Source: Candidatus Peregrinibacteria bacterium RIFOXYB2_FULL_33_20
GTDB taxonomy: Bacteria > Patescibacteriota > Gracilibacteria > UBA1369 > GWF2-33-10
DNA length: 40,000 nucleotides
NCBI GenBank assembly: GCA_001788835.1
Contig: MFXK01000017.1
Location: 42,285-82,284, forward strand
Reading direction: 5' to 3'
Shown: positions 9,405 to 18,318 of the stretch, in pieces
Layout: every line of letters starts with the position of its first letter
Position numbering within the stretch: position 1 is the stretch's first letter
Translations under genes and position numbers: made by a program
The notes under the pieces: generated by a model
What the model saw: only the letters and a program-made list of their open reading frames with translations
Databases searched by the model: none
What the model was told of the DNA's origin: nothing

Positions 9405-10172
9405 ATGCATTTCAAATCTCACATCATAGATCTTTTACAAAGAATAGGCTTGACTCATAATGAAGCGAAATTTTATCTAATATCTTATCAAAATCCCAAT
9501 GCAACAATTAAAGAATTGCAAAATAAACTTAATTTTTCACTCGCAACAACTTATAGAATTTTTGAACATTTAAAAGAACTTGGATTACTTATTTCATCTC
9601 AAAATAATTGGCGACAAAATATTAACGTCCTTTCATTAAAAACTTTAGCTTCTAAACTTTCCAAAGAACAAAAAAAATTACGAAAAATAGAATTAGAATT
9701 ACAAAAAGTAAATAATTTAATGAACTTAACAAATTTCAATGATTCTGAAGACTCAATAAATATTTTAACTGATAAAAATCAAATTATTGAACATAATTAT
9801 CAAATCTTAAATAAATCCTGGGAAAATATGCTTGTATATGGCTCTGCAGAAATATTAATTGATGTGGTTGGATATAAGGCAGAACATGATTTCAAAGATA
9901 TAAGGGTACGTAAAGGGAAAAAATGCAATGTTATTCTTACTGAAATCGGTGAATATGCAAAAGAATTAGTTCCAAATAATGAACGGGAATTTAGAAATAT
10001 GAAAATTCAAATAGACAAAAATAATCAAAATTATATGTTCTATATATATGATAATGAAATAACTATTTGGAAAAAAGACGACACTAATTCTCGTTCTATA
10101 ATTATATCTGAACCAGACGTAATTAAAATCTACAAACAAATGTTTGATCATTCATGGCTCAACGCAAATTAA
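9405..10172 (+). CDS. TrmB-like winged-helix transcriptional regulator
   Basis: 255 aa. N-terminal LQRIGLTHNEAKFYLISYQNPNATIKELQNKLNFSLATTYRIFEHLKELGLL follows the TrmB-type HTH pattern (L..lGLt..EakvYl.Ll..g..ta.ela......r..vY..L..L...Glv). Confidence 0.6.
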   Translation: MHFKSHIIDLLQRIGLTHNEAKFYLISYQNPNATIKELQNKLNFSLATTYRIFEHLKELGLLISSQNNWRQNINVLSLKTLASKLSKEQKKLRKIELELQKVNNLMNLTNFNDSEDSINILTDKNQIIEHNYQILNKSWENMLVYGSAEILIDVVGYKAEHDFKDIRVRKGKKCNVILTEIGEYAKELVPNNEREFRNMKIQIDKNNQNYMFYIYDNEITIWKKDDTNSRSIIISEPDVIKIYKQMFDHSWLNAN

Positions 10173-10311
10173 CATTTCTCATTTTCACGAAAAAAATATT
10201 TAGAATCAAACATCGATTAAATCTAGCTCTTTAAAATATTTTTAAATAAAAACATCTATTTTTGACATTTATTTAAGCTCAAGTATTTTAAGATATATAA
10301 TCATTATTGTT

Positions 10312-12066
10312 ATGCAAAAAATTTGTAAAACCTGTAATCAAAATTTTGAAATCACGGATGATGATTTAATTTTTTTAGAAAAAATTTCCCCTGTTTTTAA
10401 CATAACTCAGGAAAGCCTTCATTTGAAAATACCAGCTCCAACCTTATGCCCTGATTGTAGAATGCAAAGGCGTTTGTCTTGGCGAAATGAAAGACATTTA
10501 TATATGAGAAAATGTGATTTATGCGAAAAATCATCCGTAATGCTGTATTCACCTGATAAAAAATATACTGTTTATTGCAGAAATTGTTGGTGGAGTGACA
10601 AATGGGATCCTTTAAATTATGGCAAAGATTATAATTTCAATAAATCTTTTTTTGAACAATTTGAAAATTTATTACAAAAAACTCCATTGCTTGGACTTTG
10701 GAACGTACATGATGAAAATGCTGAATATAACAATAATAGTTTTTATCTGAAAAATAGTTATATGAATTTTAACAGTGATAAAAGTGATCGAATTTTTTAT
10801 GGATATGGAGTGGAAAATTGTATTGATTGCATTGATTGTACCTTTACTCATGACAGCGAACTTTGTTATGAATGCATAGACAGCGAAAACATATATCAAT
10901 GTTTATTTTCACAAAATTTAAAAAACTCAAATGAATGTTATTTCTCAACAGATTTAATTGGATGTAGTAAATGCTTTGCCTGTCATGGACTTAGGAATAA
11001 AGAGTATTTTATTTTTAATGAAAAAGTTACTAAAGAAATTTTTGAAGAAAAAACAAAAAATTTAATTTTTACACATAATCTTATCAATGATTTTAAAAAA
11101 CAATCACAAAATTTATATTTAAAAATTCCAAAACGATTTGCTCAAATAATAAATTCTGAAAATTGTACTGGCGATCAAATAAGAAATTACAAAAATGCAA
11201 TTAATTGTTTTGACTGCACTGGTGGAGAAAATATAAAAAATGTTACATATGGGGCTTTTGATGTAAATAATACAGAGGATGCTTATGCCGCAGGCTCTAT
11301 TAATTTTGCTTATGAATTTCTTGGTGGAGGTTTTGGGATTAACAATGTTGCATTTACAATTAATCCTGCAAATGGATTATCAAATTCTTATTACACAATT
11401 CAATGCGCAAATAATAGTGCTAATTTATTTGGATCTATTGGTCTAAAACATAAAGAGTATTGCATTCTAAACAAACAATACAGCAAAAAAGAATATGAAA
11501 AATTAGTGCCAAAAATAATTGAAGCGATGAAATCCCCTAAATCCCCTTTAACAAGGGGACTTGGACACCCCCTTGACAAAGGGGGCTTGGGGGATTGTGA
11601 ATGGGGCGAATTTTTCCCCTCCTCAATTTCTCCTTTTGCCTATAACGAAACCTTAGCGCAGGAATATTTCCCATTAACTAAAGAACAAGCATTATCAAAA
11701 GATTTTAAATGGTCAGATTACGAACCAGAATTTCCGCATGTTGAAAAAACAATTCCTGCAAATCTTTTACCTGATTCTATAAATGATATCCCCGATGATA
11801 TTTTAAATTGGGCTATTGAATGTGAAATTTCAAAGAAACCATTTAAAATTATTAAACCCGAATTAGATTTTTACAGAAAAATGAATTTACCGATTCCAAG
11901 AAGACATACTGACCAAAGGCACAAAGATCGAATGGCTTTGCGAAATCCAAGAAAACTGTGGAAAAGAAATTGCATGAAATGTAATACTGAAATTCAAACT
12001 ACTTATTCACCTGAAAGAAAAGAGATGGTATATTGTGAAAAGTGTTACCTTCAAGCAGTGTATTGA
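10312..12066 (+). CDS. Cys-rich multi-zinc-ribbon protein of unknown function
   Basis: 584 aa. CxxC pairs at both ends (CKTC...CPDC...CDLC...CRNC and CMKC...CEKC). The central region is dense in C.DC..C / C.EC / C.KC..C repeats. No enzyme motif recognised. Confidence 0.75.
   Translation: MQKICKTCNQNFEITDDDLIFLEKISPVFNITQESLHLKIPAPTLCPDCRMQRRLSWRNERHLYMRKCDLCEKSSVMLYSPDKKYTVYCRNCWWSDKWDPLNYGKDYNFNKSFFEQFENLLQKTPLLGLWNVHDENAEYNNNSFYLKNSYMNFNSDKSDRIFYGYGVENCIDCIDCTFTHDSELCYECIDSENIYQCLFSQNLKNSNECYFSTDLIGCSKCFACHGLRNKEYFIFNEKVTKEIFEEKTKNLIFTHNLINDFKKQSQNLYLKIPKRFAQIINSENCTGDQIRNYKNAINCFDCTGGENIKNVTYGAFDVNNTEDAYAAGSINFAYEFLGGGFGINNVAFTINPANGLSNSYYTIQCANNSANLFGSIGLKHKEYCILNKQYSKKEYEKLVPKIIEAMKSPKSPLTRGLGHPLDKGGLGDCEWGEFFPSSISPFAYNETLAQEYFPLTKEQALSKDFKWSDYEPEFPHVEKTIPANLLPDSINDIPDDILNWAIECEISKKPFKIIKPELDFYRKMNLPIPRRHTDQRHKDRMALRNPRKLWKRNCMKCNTEIQTTYSPERKEMVYCEKCYLQAVY
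11530..11597. repeat. GC-rich nested palindromic element lying in frame inside the 10312..12066 CDS
   Basis: Hairpin 1: CCCCTT-taac-AAGGGG (11543..11558). Hairpin 2: CCCCCTT-gaca-AAGGGGG (11568..11585). Outer inverted pair AATCCCC (11531..11537) / GGGGATT (11590..11596). Direct repeat AAATCCCC at 11530 and 11539. Translates as KSPKSPLTRGLGHPLDKGGLGD. It stands out sharply against the AT-rich flanks. Confidence 0.6.
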
Positions 12067-12202
12067 TACTGACCACTAAATTCACTACGCCACGAAACTA
12101 GTAACCCAGCCAGGCTAAATTAAAAACTTAACTTTTAATTTTTATTCAATAAAATATATTGGTTTACCATCCGAAGCACATAACGTAGTGAAGTGCGAAG
12201 GA

Positions 12203-12279
12203 TGGTGGACCCTAAGAGAGTCGAACTCTTGACCTCCTCGGTGCAAACGAGGCGCTCTAGCCAACTGAGCTAAGGGCCC
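12203..12279 (-). tRNA. tRNA-Ala: tRNA-Ala (anticodon UGC), CCA encoded
   Basis: The reverse complement reads GGGCCCTTAGCTCAGTTGGCTAGAGCGCCTCGTTTGCACCGAGGAGGTCAAGAGTTCGACTCTCTTAGGGTCCACCA. It folds as a cloverleaf with a 7-bp acceptor stem carrying the G3:U70 alanine identity pair. The anticodon stem CCTCG/CGAGG flanks the loop TTTGCAC. The T-arm is AAGAG-TTCGACT-CTCTT. Confidence 0.95.
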
Positions 12280-12414
12280 TAAAAAAAATTTGAATTCTAA
12301 ATTCTAAATTTTGAATTTAAGGAAGATGAATTTGCTCGAAATTTATACGCTAATGACGAAAAAAACTCAAGTTATTTTGAAATTTATTTGATACTTTTTA
12401 AAATTTTCCTCAAT

Positions 12415-13071
12415 TCATCGATCAAAAGATGATCTTGGTTCTTCATATTCTAGAAATTCATCAGTAGAGATATAACACAATTTAATATCCTCAATATCGA
12501 ATCTTTGTGCCATATTTCGTCTCTTTGGATCTGAACTATTACGATATAACTCTAAAAGACTAGCAGCACCTGAATTTCTCTTCATCTCTATTGGTAAATC
12601 AACGACATGAAATCCTCCAAACCTACTAGCAAAATTAGCTAAATAACTAATGCCATATATAGCGACTGGTAATTTCCTGTCATTATTTGACCATAAATAT
12701 TCACGCAGTCTTCTTAAAGATCTTGGGACATCACCCAAATTAATAGTTTGTGGAGGTATATGTATTTCTAAAACAGTTTCATCCTGATAAATGTCCACGC
12801 CATTACCACATAAGATAGGACACATTTCTGGTGGCAAATTAACTTCTCTTACAATAAATATACCTAGTCTTTTCCATTCTTCCCAAGTGTTAGAATTATC
12901 ATCCTTAGATATTTTATCTTTTATTTGAATTTTTTGATTTAATTTTCCAAAAATAAACTCCATTGATTCCCTGCTGTTCAAAACATCTCTACATATATTA
13001 TCTACCCTTTCTTGTCCTACATTAGGGGTTTCTATATATCGCCGACCTGGGACTTCAAAATTATTTCGCAT
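12415..13071 (-). CDS. Hypothetical protein
   Basis: 218 aa uninterrupted ORF occupying the whole gap between tRNA-Ala and trpD. No family recognised with confidence. It contains VLEIHIPPQ...L..VPRSLRRLREYL. Confidence 0.6.
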   Translation of the reverse strand: MRNNFEVPGRRYIETPNVGQERVDNICRDVLNSRESMEFIFGKLNQKIQIKDKISKDDNSNTWEEWKRLGIFIVREVNLPPEMCPILCGNGVDIYQDETVLEIHIPPQTINLGDVPRSLRRLREYLWSNNDRKLPVAIYGISYLANFASRFGGFHVVDLPIEMKRNSGAASLLELYRNSSDPKRRNMAQRFDIEDIKLCYISTDEFLEYEEPRSSFDR

Positions 13072-13119
13072 ATTATGCTGGCAATAGTGAATCTGTTAAT
13101 TATACATGTTTTATATCTT

Positions 13120-14151
13120 TTAAGAAACTGATATTTTAAAATTTATCAATTTTTCTAATTTCTCAAAAGCTTTTCCAGTGTCAATTGCATCATTTGCCAT
13201 TTGAATTCCTTTTTCCCAGGACAAAACTTTATTTGATACTTTTAAACAAGCCGCGGAATTTAAAAGTACGATATCTCTTTTTGGGCCTTTTTCTTTGCCA
13301 GATAAAATATTTTTGGCAATTTCTGCATTTTCCAAAACATCACCACCTCTCAAATCATCAATTTTTACTCTTTTAAATCCAAAATCCTCAGGTTTAATCT
13401 TATAATTAAAAATATTTCCATTCTCAAGTTCATAAATTATTGTTTCTCCAGTATTTGTTATTTCATCAAGTCCACTTCCATGAACAACCATAGCATGTTT
13501 CAATCCTAAATTCTGTAAAGTCTCAGCATAAATTTCTAAAATATTTGGATCATAAATACCAATAACTTGAAAATCTGGACTTACAGGATTAAGAAGTGGG
13601 CCAAGTAAATTAAAAATTGTACGTATTTTCAAAGCATTTCTTATTGGCGCAATTTTTTTAAATTCCGGATGGAAATTTGGCGCAAACAAAAAAGCAATAC
13701 CATTTTTCTCAATACATTGTTCAACCTGTTGCGGAGCTAAATCTATATTAACTCCTAAAGCTTTCAAAACATCAGCGCTCCCACACTTACTGGAAGCTGC
13801 TTTATTGCCATGTTTCGCAACATTAACCCCGCAGGCGCTAACTACAAAAGCCACGGTAGTCGATATATTAAAAGTAGCTGTGTCATCTCCCCCCGTACCG
13901 CAAGTATCCAAAAGACCTTCAGCTTTGAGATGGATTCTTAAAGATTTTTGCCTAAAAACATTGACAAAACCAATTAATTCATCACTGACAAAGCCTTTCG
14001 TTTGTAAAGCCGTCAAAAGTGCCGCCATCTCAATATCAGAGATTTCCCCTGCTAACATTGCTTCGGCTAAACTTTGACTCTCAGCTATAGTTAAGTTTTG
14101 ACGATTAATCAGCTGTCTTAACAACTGAAATTTTAAAATTTCACTTTCCAT
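13120..14151 (-). CDS. trpD: Anthranilate phosphoribosyltransferase family protein (glycosyl transferase family 3, TrpD-like)
   Basis: 343 aa. LDTCGTGGDDTATFNISTTVAFVVSACGVNVAKHGNKAASSKCGSADVLKALG matches the TrpD signature (GTGGDg..t.NiSt.aA.v.A..G..V.KHGNra.SS..GsaDvLeaLG). No other trp genes are in the window. Confidence 0.85.
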   Translation of the reverse strand: MESEILKFQLLRQLINRQNLTIAESQSLAEAMLAGEISDIEMAALLTALQTKGFVSDELIGFVNVFRQKSLRIHLKAEGLLDTCGTGGDDTATFNISTTVAFVVSACGVNVAKHGNKAASSKCGSADVLKALGVNIDLAPQQVEQCIEKNGIAFLFAPNFHPEFKKIAPIRNALKIRTIFNLLGPLLNPVSPDFQVIGIYDPNILEIYAETLQNLGLKHAMVVHGSGLDEITNTGETIIYELENGNIFNYKIKPEDFGFKRVKIDDLRGGDVLENAEIAKNILSGKEKGPKRDIVLLNSAACLKVSNKVLSWEKGIQMANDAIDTGKAFEKLEKLINFKISVS

Positions 14152-14232
14152 AAATATTTTTTTTGCTAGAATAGTTCCAGTTTAGAAAATTTTTTCAGGA
14201 ATTACCAATTTTTTGGTAAGTTTTTTTTTTCG

Positions 14233-15852
14233 ATGAACACAAAATACATTTTCGTTACGGGCGGAGTATGTTCTTCTCTAGGTAAAGGCATTACCAGTGC
14301 TTCCATTGGTACCTTGATGAAAGCTTCTGGTTTAAAAGTTTTCAGCATGAAACTTGATCCTTATTTAAATGTTGACCCGGGGACAATGAATCCATTTCAG
14401 CATGGCGAAGTTTTTGTAACTAATGATGGTTCGGAAACTGATCTTGATCTTGGACATTACGAAAGATTTACCGATGAAAACCTTACGAATATGTCCAGTG
14501 TCACGACTGGCAAAATCTACATGGAAGTTTTGGCCAAAGAACGTAAAGGCGATTTCCTGGGAGGAACAATCCAAATTATTCCGCACATTACCAACGCTAT
14601 TAAAGAAAAAATCTATACCGCTGCCAAAAAAAGCACGGCTGACATTATCTTGGTGGAAATCGGCGGCACGGTAGGAGACATAGAAGGTTTACCATATCTG
14701 GAAGCCATGAGGCAAGTTCGCCATGAAATCGGTAGAGACAATACGCTGTTTGTGCATGTCACACTTTTACCCTACTTAAAAGCCTCCAAAGAATTGAAAA
14801 CCAAACCAACTCAAGCTTCAGTGCGAGATTTAAGATCAATCGGTATTCAGCCTGACATCATTATGCTCAGATCCGATTACAATATTAATAAAGATATCAT
14901 TGGCAAAATTTCGCTTTTCTGTGATGTGGATCAAGATGCAGTAATTCCAGCTGTCACTGCTAAATCAATTTATGAAGTACCCTTAGAATTTGAAAAATAC
15001 AAATTAGCCCAGCTAATCAACAAAAAACTGGATATGCCTCAAGTTGAACCAAATTTGCAAGATTGGATCGAATTGGTAGATAAGATCAAAAGCAAACCAG
15101 CAAATCTAAAAATTGCCTTGGTTGTTAAATATGGCGGACTTAATGATGCCTACCTCAGCGTCATAGAATCTCTCAAAATTGCTTGTTATCACAATAACAG
15201 GGAACTTGACTTGGAATGGATTGACGCCGAAAAAATGGAAAATAACGATGAAGATACTTGGCAAAGACTCAAATCATGCCAAGGAATTTTGGTGCCAGGC
15301 GGTTTTGGCATTAGAGGTACTAATGGCAAAATTATGGCCGCTCAATATGCCAGAGAGCACAAAACCCCCTACTTCGGCATTTGCTTAGGTCTGCAAATCA
15401 TGACTATTGAATATGCCAGACATGCCCTAAAAGATCCTGAAATTACTTCGGAGGAATTTGACGAAAACAACGAATATCCACACAAACACATCATTCACTT
15501 TTTGCCAGGACAGAGTATTCACAGAGCTAAAGGCGGGACTTTGAGATTAGGAGCTTATAAATGTAAATTACTCCAAAACACCCTAGCCTATCAAATTTAT
15601 GGCCAGGAAGAAATTTTAGAAAGACATAGACACCGCTATGAAATTAACAATGATTTTATCAAAAAATTAAAAAATAGTGATTATCAAGTTTCAGGCCTTC
15701 ATGAATACGCAGATGGCAACTTGGTAGAAATAGCAGAACTAAAAAATCATCCTTTCATGATTGGGACTCAGTCCCATCCAGAATTTCTATCCAGACCGCT
15801 TCGTCCACATCCTTTATTTGATGCTTTCATTAAAGCGAGTAAAGGACAATAA
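14233..15852 (+). CDS. pyrG: CTP synthase
   Basis: 539 aa. N-terminal KYIFVTGGVCSSLGKGITSASIG, DPYLNVDPGTMNPFQHGEVFVTNDGSETDLDLGHYERF. C-terminal glutaminase domain with GICLGLQ and SHPEF. Confidence 0.97.
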   Translation: MNTKYIFVTGGVCSSLGKGITSASIGTLMKASGLKVFSMKLDPYLNVDPGTMNPFQHGEVFVTNDGSETDLDLGHYERFTDENLTNMSSVTTGKIYMEVLAKERKGDFLGGTIQIIPHITNAIKEKIYTAAKKSTADIILVEIGGTVGDIEGLPYLEAMRQVRHEIGRDNTLFVHVTLLPYLKASKELKTKPTQASVRDLRSIGIQPDIIMLRSDYNINKDIIGKISLFCDVDQDAVIPAVTAKSIYEVPLEFEKYKLAQLINKKLDMPQVEPNLQDWIELVDKIKSKPANLKIALVVKYGGLNDAYLSVIESLKIACYHNNRELDLEWIDAEKMENNDEDTWQRLKSCQGILVPGGFGIRGTNGKIMAAQYAREHKTPYFGICLGLQIMTIEYARHALKDPEITSEEFDENNEYPHKHIIHFLPGQSIHRAKGGTLRLGAYKCKLLQNTLAYQIYGQEEILERHRHRYEINNDFIKKLKNSDYQVSGLHEYADGNLVEIAELKNHPFMIGTQSHPEFLSRPLRPHPLFDAFIKASKGQ

Positions 15853-15876
15853 AAAAACCGCCTCTTACTTTCCCCC

Positions 15877-16848
15877 TTGCTTCAACACATCGTTCTCTTC
15901 CACGGACCAAATATTTTTTTTCTGAATCAAACACTCACCAGATGGAAAAATACTTTTTGCGAGAAACATGGTGGCGATTTAAATGTAGAAATGCTTGAAG
16001 GCTCGCAAACTAAAAGCGCTGATATTATTGAAAAATCTGCTTGTCTGCCATTTTTGTCTGAAAAAAGACTAATAATCATCAAAAATTTCCTAAATGAAAC
16101 AAACAAAGAAGATCAAAAAAAATTAACTGATAATTTAGACAAAATTCCTGATTTCACGGTGGTTATTTTTGCCGAATTCATGCCTCCCGACAAAAGAACC
16201 GCTTTATTTAAAAAACTAAGCAAAGACTGTCGAGTGGAATTTTTTGAAGAGTTGAACGATCTATCTTTAACCAAATGGATCATTGATGAAGTGAAAAAAA
16301 ATAATGGACAAATTTCCGCCAATAATGCCAATTATCTCAGCATGTATGTTGGCAATGATTGTACGACTTTACATCAAGAAATTCAAAAACTCACTCTTTA
16401 TAAAGGCAAAAATGAAATCAGCAAAGAGGACATTGAGAAGCTCACAAGCCCTGTCATTTCCATGTCGATTTTCAAACTAACCGATGCCATTGGCTTCAAA
16501 AAAACCAAAGATGCTTTGAATATTTTAGAAAAAATCATTTTAAGCGGGGAAGATTTGCAAATGGTCTTTCATATGCTGATCAGGCAATTTCGTTTAATCA
16601 TTCTCATCAAAGAATTACAAAACCAGGGTCTGCCAAATGCTCAAATCGCTTCGCAATTGAAACAACATCCATTTATCATTTCCACCATTTCTAAACAAAC
16701 CGTGCTTTATAAACCGGAAGAATTAGAAAAAATCTACGACAAATTGCTGGAGATAGAAATCACTTTCAAAACTGGCAAAATTTCTGTAACTGTTGATGAC
16801 AAAAGAGAATTTATACTGGCTCTGGAAAAACTTGTCGTTAGTTTATGA
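15877..16848 (+). CDS. holA: DNA polymerase III delta subunit
   Basis: 323 aa. HolA-like N-terminus (IVLFHGPNIFFLNQTL), ...RLIIIKNF..., ...NANYLSMYVGNDCTTLHQEIQKL. The ORF track uses a TTG start at 15877, so the exact start is uncertain. Confidence 0.75.
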   Translation: MLQHIVLFHGPNIFFLNQTLTRWKNTFCEKHGGDLNVEMLEGSQTKSADIIEKSACLPFLSEKRLIIIKNFLNETNKEDQKKLTDNLDKIPDFTVVIFAEFMPPDKRTALFKKLSKDCRVEFFEELNDLSLTKWIIDEVKKNNGQISANNANYLSMYVGNDCTTLHQEIQKLTLYKGKNEISKEDIEKLTSPVISMSIFKLTDAIGFKKTKDALNILEKIILSGEDLQMVFHMLIRQFRLIILIKELQNQGLPNAQIASQLKQHPFIISTISKQTVLYKPEELEKIYDKLLEIEITFKTGKISVTVDDKREFILALEKLVVSL

Positions 16849-16915
16849 AATATATCAAAAATTTGCACCAACAAGGTATAAAATATTATATTTAAAAGGT
16901 AATTATTAAATACCA

Positions 16916-17857
16916 ATGCAAATAACCTTTATCACCAACCAGATTTCACAATTAAAAAAAGATGATTCCACCATGCAGATATTAAGAGAATGTGTAAATA
17001 GGAAACATAAGGCTTTTCTACTCGAAAAAGACTCAATCTCATGTAAAAACGGCATAATTTACGGACAAACATATGTTGGAATTGAAGCTTTAAATTATTT
17101 TTCAAATCAAAAAATACCCATAATACAAACTCGGGATTTAGCTAAAAATGATATTATCGCCATGAGACAAGATCCTCCTTTTGACGAAGATTATATCTAT
17201 ATCACCTACTTATTGGAATTATTAAAAGATAAAATTTTCATATTTAATGATCCAGTCGGAGTCAGAAATGCTAATGAAAAAATGTTCATTTTAAAATTCC
17301 CACAATATATCCCGCCAACTCTAGTAACTAGATCAGCTCAGGAAATTAAAAATTTTCTAAAACAATTCCCAGACGGCATTGTTATCAAACCTTTAAACAA
17401 CAAAGGCGGTACAGGTGTTTTCTATCTACAGCAGCATGATGTAAACAAAAATGAAATTATTAAAATTGCCACCGATAACGGACAAAAATTTCTCATGGCG
17501 CAAAAATTTCTCAAAGCCATCAAAAAAACTGGGGATAAAAGAATTACTATTTTAAATGGTCAAGTTATTAATGCTTTCATCAGGATCCCTCATCAAGAAG
17601 ATTTTCGGGGCAATGTTTGTTCAGGAGCCATCGCCCAAAAAACCAAAATTACTAAAAAAGATCTAGAAATAGTAAAAATAATTGCCCCAATTTTAAAGAA
17701 AATGGGCTTATATTTAGTAGGGCTTGATTTAATTGATGGCTATCTTACAGAAATCAACAGCACCAGCCCAGTCATTGGCAATACTATGTATCCGCAAACT
17801 GCGCCAAAAATTGTAGATTTTTTAGAGTCACAAGCTAAATTTGCAATTCCTAATTAG
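16916..17857 (+). CDS. gshB: Glutathione synthetase (prokaryotic GshB-type ATP-grasp)
   Basis: 313 aa, collinear with E. coli GshB: MRQDPPFDEDYIYITYLLE, NANEKMF, PPTLVTR, IVIKPLNNKGGTGVF, FLMAQKFL.AIKKTGDKRITILNG, RGN..SG, VGLDLIDGYLTEINSTSP. Confidence 0.85.
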   Translation: MQITFITNQISQLKKDDSTMQILRECVNRKHKAFLLEKDSISCKNGIIYGQTYVGIEALNYFSNQKIPIIQTRDLAKNDIIAMRQDPPFDEDYIYITYLLELLKDKIFIFNDPVGVRNANEKMFILKFPQYIPPTLVTRSAQEIKNFLKQFPDGIVIKPLNNKGGTGVFYLQQHDVNKNEIIKIATDNGQKFLMAQKFLKAIKKTGDKRITILNGQVINAFIRIPHQEDFRGNVCSGAIAQKTKITKKDLEIVKIIAPILKKMGLYLVGLDLIDGYLTEINSTSPVIGNTMYPQTAPKIVDFLESQAKFAIPN

Positions 17858-17894
17858 AAAGCTTAATTTAAAAAATAATCGATAAAATTAAAAT

Positions 17895-18191
17895 ATGCCA
17901 AAAAAATCTAAAAAAGCCTTATCCAATGAAGAACTTTTTGAAATGCTGAAAACTTTTATTGATGAAGAAATCAGACCTTATCTCCAATATGATGGAGGCG
18001 ATATTGATATTATTGAATTCACCAAAGATCACGTTTTGCGGGTAAAACTGCAAGGTGCCTGCGTTGATTGTTTCAGCTCTACCGCAACGCTAGAGTGGGG
18101 TACCCAAGAAAGAATTGATTTGGAATTCAATGAGCCCCTGAAACTTGACCCGCCAATAATTATCGAAAGAATTGAACCTGATATAATTTAA
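17895..18191 (+). CDS. NifU-like (Nfu C-terminal domain) Fe-S cluster protein
   Basis: 98 aa. IDEEIRPYLQYDGGDIDIIEF..DHVLRVKLQGACVDCFSSTATL matches the Nfu domain pattern including the CxxC motif. Confidence 0.8.
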   Translation: MPKKSKKALSNEELFEMLKTFIDEEIRPYLQYDGGDIDIIEFTKDHVLRVKLQGACVDCFSSTATLEWGTQERIDLEFNEPLKLDPPIIIERIEPDII

Positions 18192-18228
18192 CCGGAACTA
18201 ACTTTTTATTAATAAAATCTAAAATTTT

Positions 18229-18318
18229 CTACACTCCTCTAGCTAAAATAGAAATAAATGCATAACCAATCATCATCGTAACAAAAAATGTTGCACGAAT
18301 TAAAATTTTGTTCCGCAT
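18229..18318 (-). CDS. Possible 29-aa small hydrophobic protein (below ORF-track cutoff)
   Basis: My translation gives ATG at 18318..18316, MRNKILIRATFFVTMMIGYAFISILARGV, and stop TAG at 18231..18229. That is a basic N-terminus followed by one TM-length hydrophobic stretch. It sits in the otherwise unexplained 286-nt gap between the Nfu-like gene and pepA. Confidence 0.25.
   Translation of the reverse strand: MRNKILIRATFFVTMMIGYAFISILARGV

Noticed and set aside
12067-13119. tRNA-Ala as an integration site with the adjacent 218-aa unknown gene as island cargo
   Set aside because: There is no integrase or recombinase, and I could not find a direct repeat of the tRNA 3' end. The flanking genes are housekeeping. 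Only the short GAATTCTAAATTCTAAATT repeat lies upstream of the tRNA, and it looks like promoter-region low complexity.
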